From Nannocystis bainbridge (GTDB lineage: Bacteria; Myxococcota_A; Polyangia; Nannocystales; Nannocystaceae), in NCBI RefSeq assembly GCF_028368995.1, contig NZ_JAQNDL010000001.1:1664001-1728000 (forward strand): a stretch of 64,000 nt of DNA, read 5' to 3'. The notes beneath the pieces were generated by a model that ran no database searches, had not been told where the DNA came from, and was given only the letters and a program-made list of their open reading frames with translations. A program made the translations under genes and the position numbers. Within the stretch, counting starts at the first letter, position 1. The number at the start of each line of letters is the position of its first letter. Positions 42,702 through 51,524 of the stretch are shown in pieces.

Positions 42702-43790
42702 TCACCCTGGCGGCCCCACGTAGCGCGACGCCGGGCGGATGAGGCGGCCCGTCGCGCGCTGCTCGAGCACGTGCGCGCACCAGCCTGCCACCCGGCCGAC
42801 CGCGAACGTCGGCGAGAATGCGGTGCGGCCCAGGCCCACCGCGTCGAGCAGCACCGCCGTATAGAACTCCACGTTCGCCGCCAGCGCCCGGTCGGGGTAT
42901 TTCGCGCGCAGGGCCCCCTCCGCCGCGCGCTCGACCGCCCGCGCCAGCGCCAGGCGGCCGCCGGTCACCCCCGCCTGCTCCAGCCGCCCCAGCGCCGCCT
43001 CGAGCACCGCCGCACGCGGATCGCGGACCCGGTAGATCCGGTGCCCCATCCCCATGATCCGGCGGCCCGCAGCCAGCTCCGCCTCGACCCATTGCGCCGC
43101 CTGGTCCGGCTCGCCGATCGCGTCGAGCATGTCCAGCACCGGCCCGGGCGCCCCGCCGTGGAGCGGCCCTTTCAGCGCCCCGATCGCCGCCACGATCGCC
43201 GACACCGGGTCCGATCCGGTCGACGCCACCACCCGGGCCGCGAACGTCGAAGCGTTCATCCCGTGGTCCGCCACCGTCACCAGGTACGCCTCCAGGGCCG
43301 CCGCCCGGGCCGGCGTCGGCGCCTCGCCCTCGATCATGCGCAGATAGTCGGCCGCGTGCGGCAGCGACCGATCGGGCGCCACTGGTCGCCCGCCTGCCCG
43401 CACGCGGGCCCACGCCGCGGCGAACACCGCCACCGCCCCGGTCAGCGCCGCCGGCGTATCGAAGCCGTCGTCCGCGGCCAGTTGGGCCGTCGTCGCTCGC
43501 AGCGCGTCCATCCCGTCGGCGAAGCGCCCCGGCCCGGCCGCCTCCAGCCGCGCGAACGCCCGCGCCCGGCCCTCCGCCAGCGCCTCCCGCGTCCTCCCCT
43601 GCGCACCCGCCTGCGGCAGCGCCCCTGTCCATAGCAGCTCTGCCAGCGCCTCGAACGACGTCCCTCCCGCCAGCCCCTCGATGTCGTGGCCGGCCACCAC
43701 CAGCCGCCCGCGCTCCCCGTCGACCTCGCTGAGCCGCGTGTCTGCCACCACCACCCCCTCGAGACCGCTCCGTGTCACCGTCGTATCCAT
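42702..43790 (-). CDS. Citrate synthase/methylcitrate synthase family (NVEFY type)
   Basis: GLEGVV, DHGMNASTF, GPLHGGA, GMGHRIY..DPR, ANVEFY. Confidence 0.93.
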   Translation of the reverse strand: MDTTVTRSGLEGVVVADTRLSEVDGERGRLVVAGHDIEGLAGGTSFEALAELLWTGALPQAGAQGRTREALAEGRARAFARLEAAGPGRFADGMDALRATTAQLAADDGFDTPAALTGAVAVFAAAWARVRAGGRPVAPDRSLPHAADYLRMIEGEAPTPARAAALEAYLVTVADHGMNASTFAARVVASTGSDPVSAIVAAIGALKGPLHGGAPGPVLDMLDAIGEPDQAAQWVEAELAAGRRIMGMGHRIYRVRDPRAAVLEAALGRLEQAGVTGGRLALARAVERAAEGALRAKYPDRALAANVEFYTAVLLDAVGLGRTAFSPTFAVGRVAGWCAHVLEQRATGRLIRPASRYVGPPG

Positions 43791-43825
43791 GCGTCCCTCC
43801 TGCCCGCAGCTTGGGCCGGCCCGCC

Positions 43826-43886
43826 ATGTTGATCAACGTTGATTCGACAATCCATCATTCACCGCAGACGTTGATTCGACAATCCA
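43826..43886. promoter_or_regulatory. Duplicated operator ACGTTGATTCGACAATCCA x2 plus GTTGATCAAC palindrome
   Basis: Identical 19-mers at 43836-43854 and 43868-43886 (period 32) with imperfect dyad TTGATT-N4-AATCCA, between divergent citrate synthase genes. Confidence 0.75.
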
Positions 43887-43916
43887 CCCTCCGCCTGCCA
43901 TCTTGACGGCGGGACC

Positions 43917-45164
43917 ATGACCGACGCCCACGACGAGGCCCCACCATTCTTGAGCGGTGAGCAGGCCGCCGCGCTGCTCGGCGTCAAGCGGGCCACCCTC
44001 TACGCCTACGCCAGCCGCGGCCTCGTGCGCAGCGAGCCGGGCGGCCCCGGGCGCGGGCGCCGGTACAGCCGCGACGACCTCGAGCGGCTCAAGGCTCGCA
44101 GCGACGCTCGCTCCGGCCACGCGGCGGTCGCCGCCGGCGCGCTGCGCTGGGGCGAGCCCGTGCTCGAGTCGGCCTTGACCGCCATCGACCCGGCCGGCCC
44201 GCGCTATCGCGGCCGGCCTGCCGTCGACCTCGCGGCCACCTGCTCCTTCGAGGCCGTCGCCGAGCTGTTGTGGACGGGCGGCCTGCCCGAGCGCGCCCCT
44301 CAGTGGTCCGTCTCCGGCCTCGGCCTGCGGCTCGCCTCGCTCGGCGCCCTCCTGCCCGAGGCCGCCGCCCCGCTCGTCACCCTCGCCCTGGCCGTGCCGG
44401 CGCTCGGCGCCGCCGACCCCGATCGCTTCGACGCCACGCCCGGCCCCGAGCTCGTCCGCGCCCGCGCCTTGCTCGTGCGCATGGCGGCGCTCGCCGGCGC
44501 CGGCCAGGGCGACGCCCGGGTCCGACCCGCGCTGGCCGAGCGCGACGTCGCCGGCGCCCTCCTGGTCTCGCTCGGCGCCCCCGCGACCCCGCGCGCCCGC
44601 CAGGCCATGGCCCGCGCGCTGGTGCTCTCGGCCGACCACGAGCTCAACGCCTCGGCCTTCGCCGTGCGCGTCGCCGCCTCCGCCGGCGCCGACCTGTACG
44701 CCTGCGTCAGCGCCGGCCTGGCCACCCTGTCCGGCCCGCGCCACGGCGGCATGGGCGAGCGCGTCGAGGCCCTCGTCACCGAGGTCGGCAAGCCCGAGCG
44801 CGCGCGCGCCGTCGTGCGCGAGCGAGCCCGCCGCGGCGAAGAGGTGCCCGGCTTCGGCCACCCGCTCTACCCCGACGGGGACCCTCGCGCCGCCGCCCTG
44901 CTGGCCGCCGCCCACGAGCACGCCCCGCGCAGCCCGAAGGTCCGCGCCGTCCAGGCCATCGTCGACGCCATGCGCGACGCCGGCCGCGAGCCGGCCAACT
45001 TCGACGTCGGCCTGGTCGCCCTCGGCGCCGCCCTCGGCCTGCCCCCGCGCACCAGCGTCGCCATCTTCGCCGTCGGCCGCGCCGCCGGCTGGCTGGCCCA
45101 CGCCTTCGAGCAGCGCGCCGCCGGCTTCCTCCTGCGCCCCCGCGCCCGCTACGTCGGCCCGTGA
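43917..45164 (+). CDS. Excisionase/MerR-like HTH fused to citrate synthase-like domain
   Basis: LSGEQAAALLGVKRATLYAYASRGLV HTH; DHELNAS, PRHGG, GFGHPLY..GDPR, ANFD. Confidence 0.92.
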   Translation: MTDAHDEAPPFLSGEQAAALLGVKRATLYAYASRGLVRSEPGGPGRGRRYSRDDLERLKARSDARSGHAAVAAGALRWGEPVLESALTAIDPAGPRYRGRPAVDLAATCSFEAVAELLWTGGLPERAPQWSVSGLGLRLASLGALLPEAAAPLVTLALAVPALGAADPDRFDATPGPELVRARALLVRMAALAGAGQGDARVRPALAERDVAGALLVSLGAPATPRARQAMARALVLSADHELNASAFAVRVAASAGADLYACVSAGLATLSGPRHGGMGERVEALVTEVGKPERARAVVRERARRGEEVPGFGHPLYPDGDPRAAALLAAAHEHAPRSPKVRAVQAIVDAMRDAGREPANFDVGLVALGAALGLPPRTSVAIFAVGRAAGWLAHAFEQRAAGFLLRPRARYVGP

Positions 45165-45261
45165 GCGCGACCTCCGGCTGGCTGGCCCACGCCTTCGCGC
45201 AGCGCGCCGCCGGCTTCCTCCTGCGCCCCCGCGCCCGCTACGTCGGCCCGTGAGCGCGACC
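45085..45261 (+). repeat. 88-bp tandem duplication of the gene 3' end including the stop codon
   Basis: 45085-45172 and 45174-45261, one mismatch (GAG/GCG). Confidence 0.95.
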
Positions 45262-45263
45262 GC

Positions 45264-45371
45264 CAGCACGCTCGAAATAACATGCCCACAGGGACATGTT
45301 CTATATGACATGTCCATAATGACATCACCCAAGAGACATGTCCTCCATGACATGTCCCATCGAACATCCAA
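45264..45371. repeat. GACATGTC 14-bp-pitch array (8 units)
   Basis: Cores at 45267, 45281, 45295, 45309, 45323, 45337, 45351, 45365. Confidence 0.97.
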
Positions 45372-45457
45372 CCCCGGCCCCGCCGCACGGAAGCTCACTT
45401 CGCCGCGCCCTCGCCCCGCTTTGCCCGCGACGCCGCCGCGGCTACGCTCCTCCGCGC

Positions 45458-46282
45458 ATGCGCGAGGCAGCCGTCGTCCTCATCACCGGTGCGTCCTCCG
45501 GCTTCGGCGAGGCCGCGGCCCGCTCCCTCGCCGATCCGGGGCTCCGCGGCCGCTACCGGGTCTTCGGCGCCAGCCGCCGCGCCGCGCCCGACGACCCCGG
45601 CGACGGCCCCGTCATGGTCCCGCTCGACGTGCGCAGCGACGCCTCCGCGGCCGCCTGCGTCGACGAGGTCATGCGCCGCGCCGGGCGGATCGACGTCCTC
45701 GTCAACAACGCCGGCTACTCGCTGGCCGGCGCCGTCGAGGAGACCTCGCTCGACGAGGCCAAGGCCCAGTTCGAGACCAACTTCTTCGGCACCGCGCGCA
45801 TGATGCGGGCCGTGCTGCCGATCATGCGCGCCCAGGGCGGCGGCCGGATCGTCAACGTCTCCTCGCTCGCCGGCCTCGTCGGCGTCCCGTTCCACGCCTA
45901 CTACGCGGCCAGCAAGTTCGCCGTCGAGGGGCTGTCCGAGGGCCTGCGCCAGGAGGTGCGCCGGTTCGGCATCCACGTCTCGCTGATCGAGCCTGGCGAC
46001 TTCAAGACCGCCGGCACCGCCGCGCGCGAGCGGGCGGCCGCCGGTCTCGACGTTTATGCCGCCACCCGCGACCGCGCCGTCGCCGTGATGGAGCGGGCCG
46101 AGCAGTCCGGCCCCGACCCGATCGGCTTCGCGCGCCTGTTGCTGCGGATCCTCGCGGCGCCCCGACCGCGGCTGCGCTATCGCCTCGGCAGCGACGCCGT
46201 GTGGGTGCCGCGGGCGCGCCGGCTCGTGCCCGAGGCGCTGTTCGAGCACCTCCTGCGCGCCAACTTCGACATGGACGAGTGA
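45458..46282 (+). CDS. Short-chain dehydrogenase/reductase
   Basis: TGASSGFG, NNAG, YAASK, IEPG. Confidence 0.93.
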   Translation: MREAAVVLITGASSGFGEAAARSLADPGLRGRYRVFGASRRAAPDDPGDGPVMVPLDVRSDASAAACVDEVMRRAGRIDVLVNNAGYSLAGAVEETSLDEAKAQFETNFFGTARMMRAVLPIMRAQGGGRIVNVSSLAGLVGVPFHAYYAASKFAVEGLSEGLRQEVRRFGIHVSLIEPGDFKTAGTAARERAAAGLDVYAATRDRAVAVMERAEQSGPDPIGFARLLLRILAAPRPRLRYRLGSDAVWVPRARRLVPEALFEHLLRANFDMDE

Positions 46283-46348
46283 GGCCGCGCGGCCCCCTGG
46301 CACCCCCCTCCGACGGCGCTACGCTTCGCCGAGCGCAGGAGCGTCACG

Positions 46349-46726
46349 ATGGCGATCACCCTCAATCACACGATCGTGCCGGCCCACGACAAGGTCGCGG
46401 CGGCCCGCTTCTTCGCCGAGATCTTCGGCGTCCGCTACGAGGGCCCGGTCGGTCCGTTCGCCGCCGTGCGGGTCAACGACACCCTCACCTTCGATTTCGG
46501 CGACGACGACGGCGGCTTCGAGGCCCACCACTACGCGTTCCACGTCGACGACGCCGAGTTCGACGCGATCTTCGCCCGCGTCCGCGCCGCGGGCCTGCCG
46601 TTCGCCTCGAGCCCGCACGGCGGGTTCGACGGCCGGATCAGCGAGTACGGCGCGGGCGGTCGCCGCGTCTACTTCCCCGACCCGAGCGGCCACGTGCTCG
46701 AGCTGATGACGCGCCTCGACAATTGA
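46349..46726 (+). CDS. VOC/bleomycin-resistance family protein
   Basis: LNHTIV, HYAFHV, VYFPDPSGHVLEL; AGGAG RBS. Confidence 0.92.
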   Translation: MAITLNHTIVPAHDKVAAARFFAEIFGVRYEGPVGPFAAVRVNDTLTFDFGDDDGGFEAHHYAFHVDDAEFDAIFARVRAAGLPFASSPHGGFDGRISEYGAGGRRVYFPDPSGHVLELMTRLDN

Positions 46727-46886
46727 CGCGACCCGCGCGGCGCAGCGGGCGCAGCCCGGGTGCATTCGCGCGCGACGATTTTGCAGCGAGCCGGCAATTT
46801 TCGGCCCGGCAGCGGCGACTCCATGGCCCGAGCGACCGGCGGCGAATGAACGCCAAGGGTTCGCTCCTCTTGCCAGGGACATCACC

Positions 46887-47627
46887 ATGCTGCGCTTCGA
46901 CCTTACTTCCCTTACGTTCGTCATCCTGTTCCTCACCGGCGCCTGCGCTCCGACCAGCGGGGAGTCCACCGGCTCCACCACCGAGTCCGGGACCGACGCC
47001 ACCGGCGCCACCACCGACGCCACCACCGACGAGCCGTCCAACCCCACCGGCGGCCAGGTCACCGGCGAGGACACCACCACCACGGAGGGCGGGGACCCGC
47101 ACACGACCTCCGCCACCGAGGGCGAGGACACCGACGGCGAGACCACCGAGACCCCCAACCCCGTGACTCCGGAGCAGGAGGCCGCCTGCGAGGCCGGCTG
47201 CCAGAAGGAGGCCATGTGCATCGGCGAGCCCGACGCTTCCGAGTGCGTGCTCGGCTGCATCGAGGAGTTCCAGTACATCGAGGAAGAGTGCGCCTCGCCC
47301 TACTTGAACTTCGTCCAGTGCATCGCGGAGCTCAGCTGCGCCGACCTGGAGGGCGACATCGAGGACACCGCGTGCGGCGACGAGCTCGCGGCGCTGGAGT
47401 CCTGCAGCGGCCCCGCCTGCGTCATCATGATGGAAGAGACCACCGAAGACTCCTGCGGGTTCGGCCGGAGCTGCCCCGAGCAGCCGACCCAGTCCATCTC
47501 CTGCGAGGGCGACACCTGCCGCTGCTTCCTCGAGGAGACCGAGGTCGCCCAGTGCGCGGCCGACGGCGTGTGCATGGACGGCGACGCGATCTTCGACAAG
47601 ATGGCGAGCTGCTGCCCGTTCGAGTGA
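46887..47627 (+). CDS. Cys-rich acidic lipoprotein with Thr/Gly linker
   Basis: LTGAC lipobox, T/E/G-rich stalk, CxxxC helical Cys domain. Confidence 0.85.
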   Translation: MLRFDLTSLTFVILFLTGACAPTSGESTGSTTESGTDATGATTDATTDEPSNPTGGQVTGEDTTTTEGGDPHTTSATEGEDTDGETTETPNPVTPEQEAACEAGCQKEAMCIGEPDASECVLGCIEEFQYIEEECASPYLNFVQCIAELSCADLEGDIEDTACGDELAALESCSGPACVIMMEETTEDSCGFGRSCPEQPTQSISCEGDTCRCFLEETEVAQCAADGVCMDGDAIFDKMASCCPFE

Positions 47628-47654
47628 TGCCCGCGGACCGCCACCCCACCGCGG

Positions 47655-47717
47655 AGACCTATCCCGAAGTACATGTCCGTGGGGGCAGGTTAAAAACCTG
47701 TCCCTGCGGACATATAC
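47655..47717. repeat. Degenerate GACATGTC array (3+2 units)
   Basis: Cores at 47658, 47672, 47686, then an 11-bp step, then 47697, 47711; between convergent stops. Confidence 0.65.
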
Positions 47718-47718
47718 G

Positions 47719-48018
47719 CTATCGCGGCACCCACAAATAGTACGACAGCGGCCCCAGCGTCACCGCGATCACCGCGGCGAGGAAGAGGTGGAACACGCCG
47801 ACCACCACCGCGGCGGTCCCCTCGACCTCGCCGTGGAGCAGCCGCCCGGCCGCGCCGCGGCCGAAGATCACCGTGCGGCGCAGGGTCAGCCCGCGCACGC
47901 CCGAGCGGATCAGCAGGACCACGCCGGTCACCAGCAGCACCGGCATCATCAGCCGCAAGAACGCCACCGGGCGCAGCTGCTCGGCCGCGCCGGCGAAGGC
48001 CCGCAGATATCCGTCCAT
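47719..48018 (-). CDS. Small two-TM membrane protein
   Basis: Two hydrophobic helices, 99 aa. Confidence 0.65.
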   Translation of the reverse strand: MDGYLRAFAGAAEQLRPVAFLRLMMPVLLVTGVVLLIRSGVRGLTLRRTVIFGRGAAGRLLHGEVEGTAAVVVGVFHLFLAAVIAVTLGPLSYYLWVPR

Positions 48019-48175
48019 CGCCGCACTCTACTGCGACCCGGCCCCGCCGGGCTGCCCGGGGCCTCCCGACCCGCGCCCGCGCGCCTGGAGCCTGACGCCG
48101 CGGAATCGCCCGCGCGCCGCCCGTGGCGGATTCACGCAATTGACCGCCCGGCGTCCGACACCGATCCTCCGCTCG

Positions 48176-51103
48176 ATGACCGGCGAGGACGACAGCCTGC
48201 GCGCGACCCTCGTCGCCGCCGATCACCAGGCCGCGACCCTCGACTCGGGCCAGGTCGAGCGCCACGCGCCGCCGGGCGCGGGCACGCCGGTCGACAAGGA
48301 GATCGTCAAGCGGGCGCTGTTCCCCCGCCGCGGCGGGCCGGTGCGCATCGGTCGCTTCACCGTCCTGGGCCAGGTCGGCCGCGGGGCCATGGGCGTGGTC
48401 TACGCCTGCTACGACGACCTGCTCGACCGCAAGGTCGCGGTCAAGCTGCTCAAGCACGCCGCCGCCGGCGACTCGACCGCGGCCCAGGTCCGGCTGCTGC
48501 GCGAGGCCCAGGCGCTGGCCCGGCTCGACCACCCCAACGTGGTCAAGGTCCTCGACGTCGGCACCTTCGAAGATCGCGTCTACCTGGCCATGGAGTTCGT
48601 CGACGGCCAGACCCTCGCCGCCTGGCTGGCCGCCGCGCCGCGCACGTGGCGGGACATCCTCACGGTCGTGCTCGCGGCCGGCGAGGGCCTCGCCGCCGCC
48701 CACGCCAAGGGCCTGGTCCACCGCGACATCAAGCCCGACAACATCATGGTCGGCGGCGACGGGCGCGTGCGCCTGATGGACTTCGGGCTCGCGCGCGCCG
48801 AGGCCGGCGCCGCGCCCGACGAGCTCGCCGGCCCGGTCGCCTCGCTGTCGGTCACCCGCACCGGCGCGATCATGGGCACCCCGGCCTTCATGGCCCCCGA
48901 GCAATTCCTGGGCGAGGCGATCGACGCCCGCTCCGATCAGTTCGCCCTGTGCGCCACCGCCTGGGAGGCGCTCTACCAGCAGCGGCCGTTCGCCGGCGAG
49001 ACCCTGGCGACGCTGATGGCCAGCGTCACCGCCGGCGCCCTGACCCCGCCGCCGCGCGCGAGGGCGCCGCTGTGGCTGCGGCGGGTGCTGGAGCGCGGGC
49101 TCTCGCGCGCGCGCACGGCCCGCTACCCCGACACCCGGGCCCTGCTGCAGGCCCTGCGCGCCGACCCGACCCGCCGTCGGCGCGCGCTCGCGGCCGTCGC
49201 CGGCGCGCTCGCGCTCGCCTCCGCCGGCTTCGGCGCGGCCACCGTCGCCGAGCAGCGCACGATCGCCGGCTGCGAGGCCGCCGGCGCGGCCGTGTTCGCC
49301 GACTGGGGCCCCGGCGCGCGCGAGGCCCTCGCCGCGGCCTTCGTCGCCACCGGGGCCGACCACGCCGCCGCCACCTTCGAGCGCACCACGCCCTGGCTCG
49401 ATCGCTGGGCCGACGCCTGGCGCGACACCGCCGACGCCGCCTGCCGCGCCCACCGGCTCGAGAGCACCTGGGACGGCGAGCAGTACGGCCGCGCCGTCGA
49501 CTGCCTGGCCGAGGCCCGCAGCAACTTCGCCGCCCTCGTGCGCGAGCTCGGGCGCGCCGACGCGGCCAGCCTCACCGAGGCCACCGCCGCCGCCGCCGCG
49601 CTCGCCGGTCCCGAGCTGTGCGCCGACCCGGTTCACCTGCGCGAGCGGCCGATGCTGCGCTTCGACCAGCGCGACCAGGTCCTCGGCGTGCGCGACCAAC
49701 TCGCGCGCGCCGGCTCGCTCGCCGCCGCCGCCCGCTACGCCGAGGGCCTGCCGGTCGCGCGCGAGGCCCTGCACGCGGCCGCGGCGATCGGCTGGCCGGC
49801 GCTGATCGCCCAGGCCGAGCTGCGCGCCGCGGGCCTGGCCGAAGAGACAGGAGCTTACCCCGCCGCCGAGGCCGGCCTGCTGCGCGCCCTCGCGGCCGCG
49901 CGTGCGGCCCGATCGGCCCGTCTGGCCCTGCAGGCCAGCACCGAGCTGATCTACCTGGTCGGCTACCGCGGCTCGCGGCTGGCCGAGGCCAAGGTGTGGG
50001 CCGAGTCGGCGCGGACCCAGCTGGCCCTGCTCGCCGGCGCCCACCCGCTCGAGGAGGCCGGCATCGAGAGCAACCTCGCCGGCGTCCTCTACGTCGGCGG
50101 CGAGCATGCCGAGTCGGCGCGCCTGTACGCCCGCGTGCTCGCGGCCCGCGAGGCGGCTCTCGGCCCCGACCACCCGCGCGTCGCCGACAGCATCAACAAC
50201 CTCGCCAGCCTGCGCTACGTCGCCGGCGCCGTCGGCGACGCCTCGCGCCTCTACCACCGCTCGCTGGCGATCTACGAGCAGGTCCTGGGCGAGCACCACC
50301 CGCAGGTCGCGACCACCCTCAACAACCTCTCGCTGGTCCACGAGGCCACCGGCGCCTACGACCAGGCGATCGCCGCGCTGGCCCGGGCCCTGGCGATCCG
50401 CGAGGCCACCTTCGGCCGCGAGCACTCCCTGGTCGCCACCTCGCTGTGCAACCTGGCGCTCGTGTACGAGGCCACCGGCGCCTACGACGAGGCCACGCGG
50501 CTGTTCGGGCGCGCCCTGGCGATCCAGGAGAAGACCTTCGGCCCCGACCACCCGGTCGTCGCCGACACCCTGCACAACCTCGCCACCGTCCGCTACGACA
50601 CCCGCGACGACGCCGAGGCCACGCGCCTGTTGCAGCGCGCCCGCGCGATCTACGAGCGCACGCTCGGCCCGGACCACCCCTCGACGATCTCGAGCGTGGT
50701 CGGCCTCGGCCTCATCCTCAACGCCACCGGCGCCCACGCGGAGGCGCTCGAGCTGCTCGCCCGCGCCCTGCCCCGCCAGGAGCAAGCCCTGGGCCCCGAC
50801 CACCCCGCCGTGGCCCACACCCTGCTCGGCCGCGGCGAGGCGCTGACCGACCTGGGCCGCCCCGCCGAGGCCGTGCCCGAGCTCGAGCGGGCCCTGGCGA
50901 TCCGCAGCGCCACCGAGGTCCAGCCCGAGGAGCTCGCCGAGGCCCGCTTCGCCCTCGCACGCGCCCTTTGGAGCAGCGGCGCCGACCGCCCCCGCGCCCG
51001 CGCCCTGGCCGAACAAGCCGAGGCCCCCCTGGCCGCCGCCACCGGCCAGGGCGCGACCCACGCCCGCCTCCGCGAGTGGCTGGCCGCCCACCCGGCGCCT
51101 TGA
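48176..51103 (+). CDS. Ser/Thr kinase with TM and TPR repeats
   Basis: GRGAMG, HRDIKPDN, DFG, GTPAFMAPE; LGPDHP-type TPRs. Confidence 0.95.
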   Translation: MTGEDDSLRATLVAADHQAATLDSGQVERHAPPGAGTPVDKEIVKRALFPRRGGPVRIGRFTVLGQVGRGAMGVVYACYDDLLDRKVAVKLLKHAAAGDSTAAQVRLLREAQALARLDHPNVVKVLDVGTFEDRVYLAMEFVDGQTLAAWLAAAPRTWRDILTVVLAAGEGLAAAHAKGLVHRDIKPDNIMVGGDGRVRLMDFGLARAEAGAAPDELAGPVASLSVTRTGAIMGTPAFMAPEQFLGEAIDARSDQFALCATAWEALYQQRPFAGETLATLMASVTAGALTPPPRARAPLWLRRVLERGLSRARTARYPDTRALLQALRADPTRRRRALAAVAGALALASAGFGAATVAEQRTIAGCEAAGAAVFADWGPGAREALAAAFVATGADHAAATFERTTPWLDRWADAWRDTADAACRAHRLESTWDGEQYGRAVDCLAEARSNFAALVRELGRADAASLTEATAAAAALAGPELCADPVHLRERPMLRFDQRDQVLGVRDQLARAGSLAAAARYAEGLPVAREALHAAAAIGWPALIAQAELRAAGLAEETGAYPAAEAGLLRALAAARAARSARLALQASTELIYLVGYRGSRLAEAKVWAESARTQLALLAGAHPLEEAGIESNLAGVLYVGGEHAESARLYARVLAAREAALGPDHPRVADSINNLASLRYVAGAVGDASRLYHRSLAIYEQVLGEHHPQVATTLNNLSLVHEATGAYDQAIAALARALAIREATFGREHSLVATSLCNLALVYEATGAYDEATRLFGRALAIQEKTFGPDHPVVADTLHNLATVRYDTRDDAEATRLLQRARAIYERTLGPDHPSTISSVVGLGLILNATGAHAEALELLARALPRQEQALGPDHPAVAHTLLGRGEALTDLGRPAEAVPELERALAIRSATEVQPEELAEARFALARALWSSGADRPRARALAEQAEAPLAAATGQGATHARLREWLAAHPAP

Positions 51104-51115
51104 TTTCTCCTCGGC

Positions 51116-51223
51116 TCGCGTGTCGTCGAGGACATGTCCATAAGAACATGTCCTTCACGACATTTTCTTTTGGACATTCCCTCAAAGACATCTCCATTCG
51201 AGCACGTCCTAAAGATCACTCGC
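51116..51223. repeat. GACATGTC 14-bp-pitch array (8 units)
   Basis: Cores at 51119, 51133, 51147, 51161, 51175, 51189, 51203, 51217. Confidence 0.95.
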
Positions 51224-51524
51224 CCAGCGCCCGCGCCATCTCGAAGGCGCATCCCCGCGAGGACGTGGCCACTGCCCCAGCATCGAGCCGCGCCGCGCAC
51301 GACAGCCAGCGACCACGCAGTGGGATGCATCCCCGCGACGACATTGGCTCGCTCGTCCGCGACGCCTCGACGCTGAGGATTCCATGCCCGCGCCGTCGCT
51401 CGAACCCGCATGTCCGCAGCCCGGCCGCGCGAGCCCGCCTCGTCCCCGTCGTGCGCGACGCTGGGCCTCGTCGTCCGTCGCCGCGGCTTGCGCGGCCCTG
51501 GCGATCGCTGTAGACGGAGCCTCC

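Noticed and set aside
45264-45371. Arrays as CRISPR or mini-CRISPR
   Set aside because: A 10-bp repeat with 4-bp spacers is far too short, and no cas genes or leader are present
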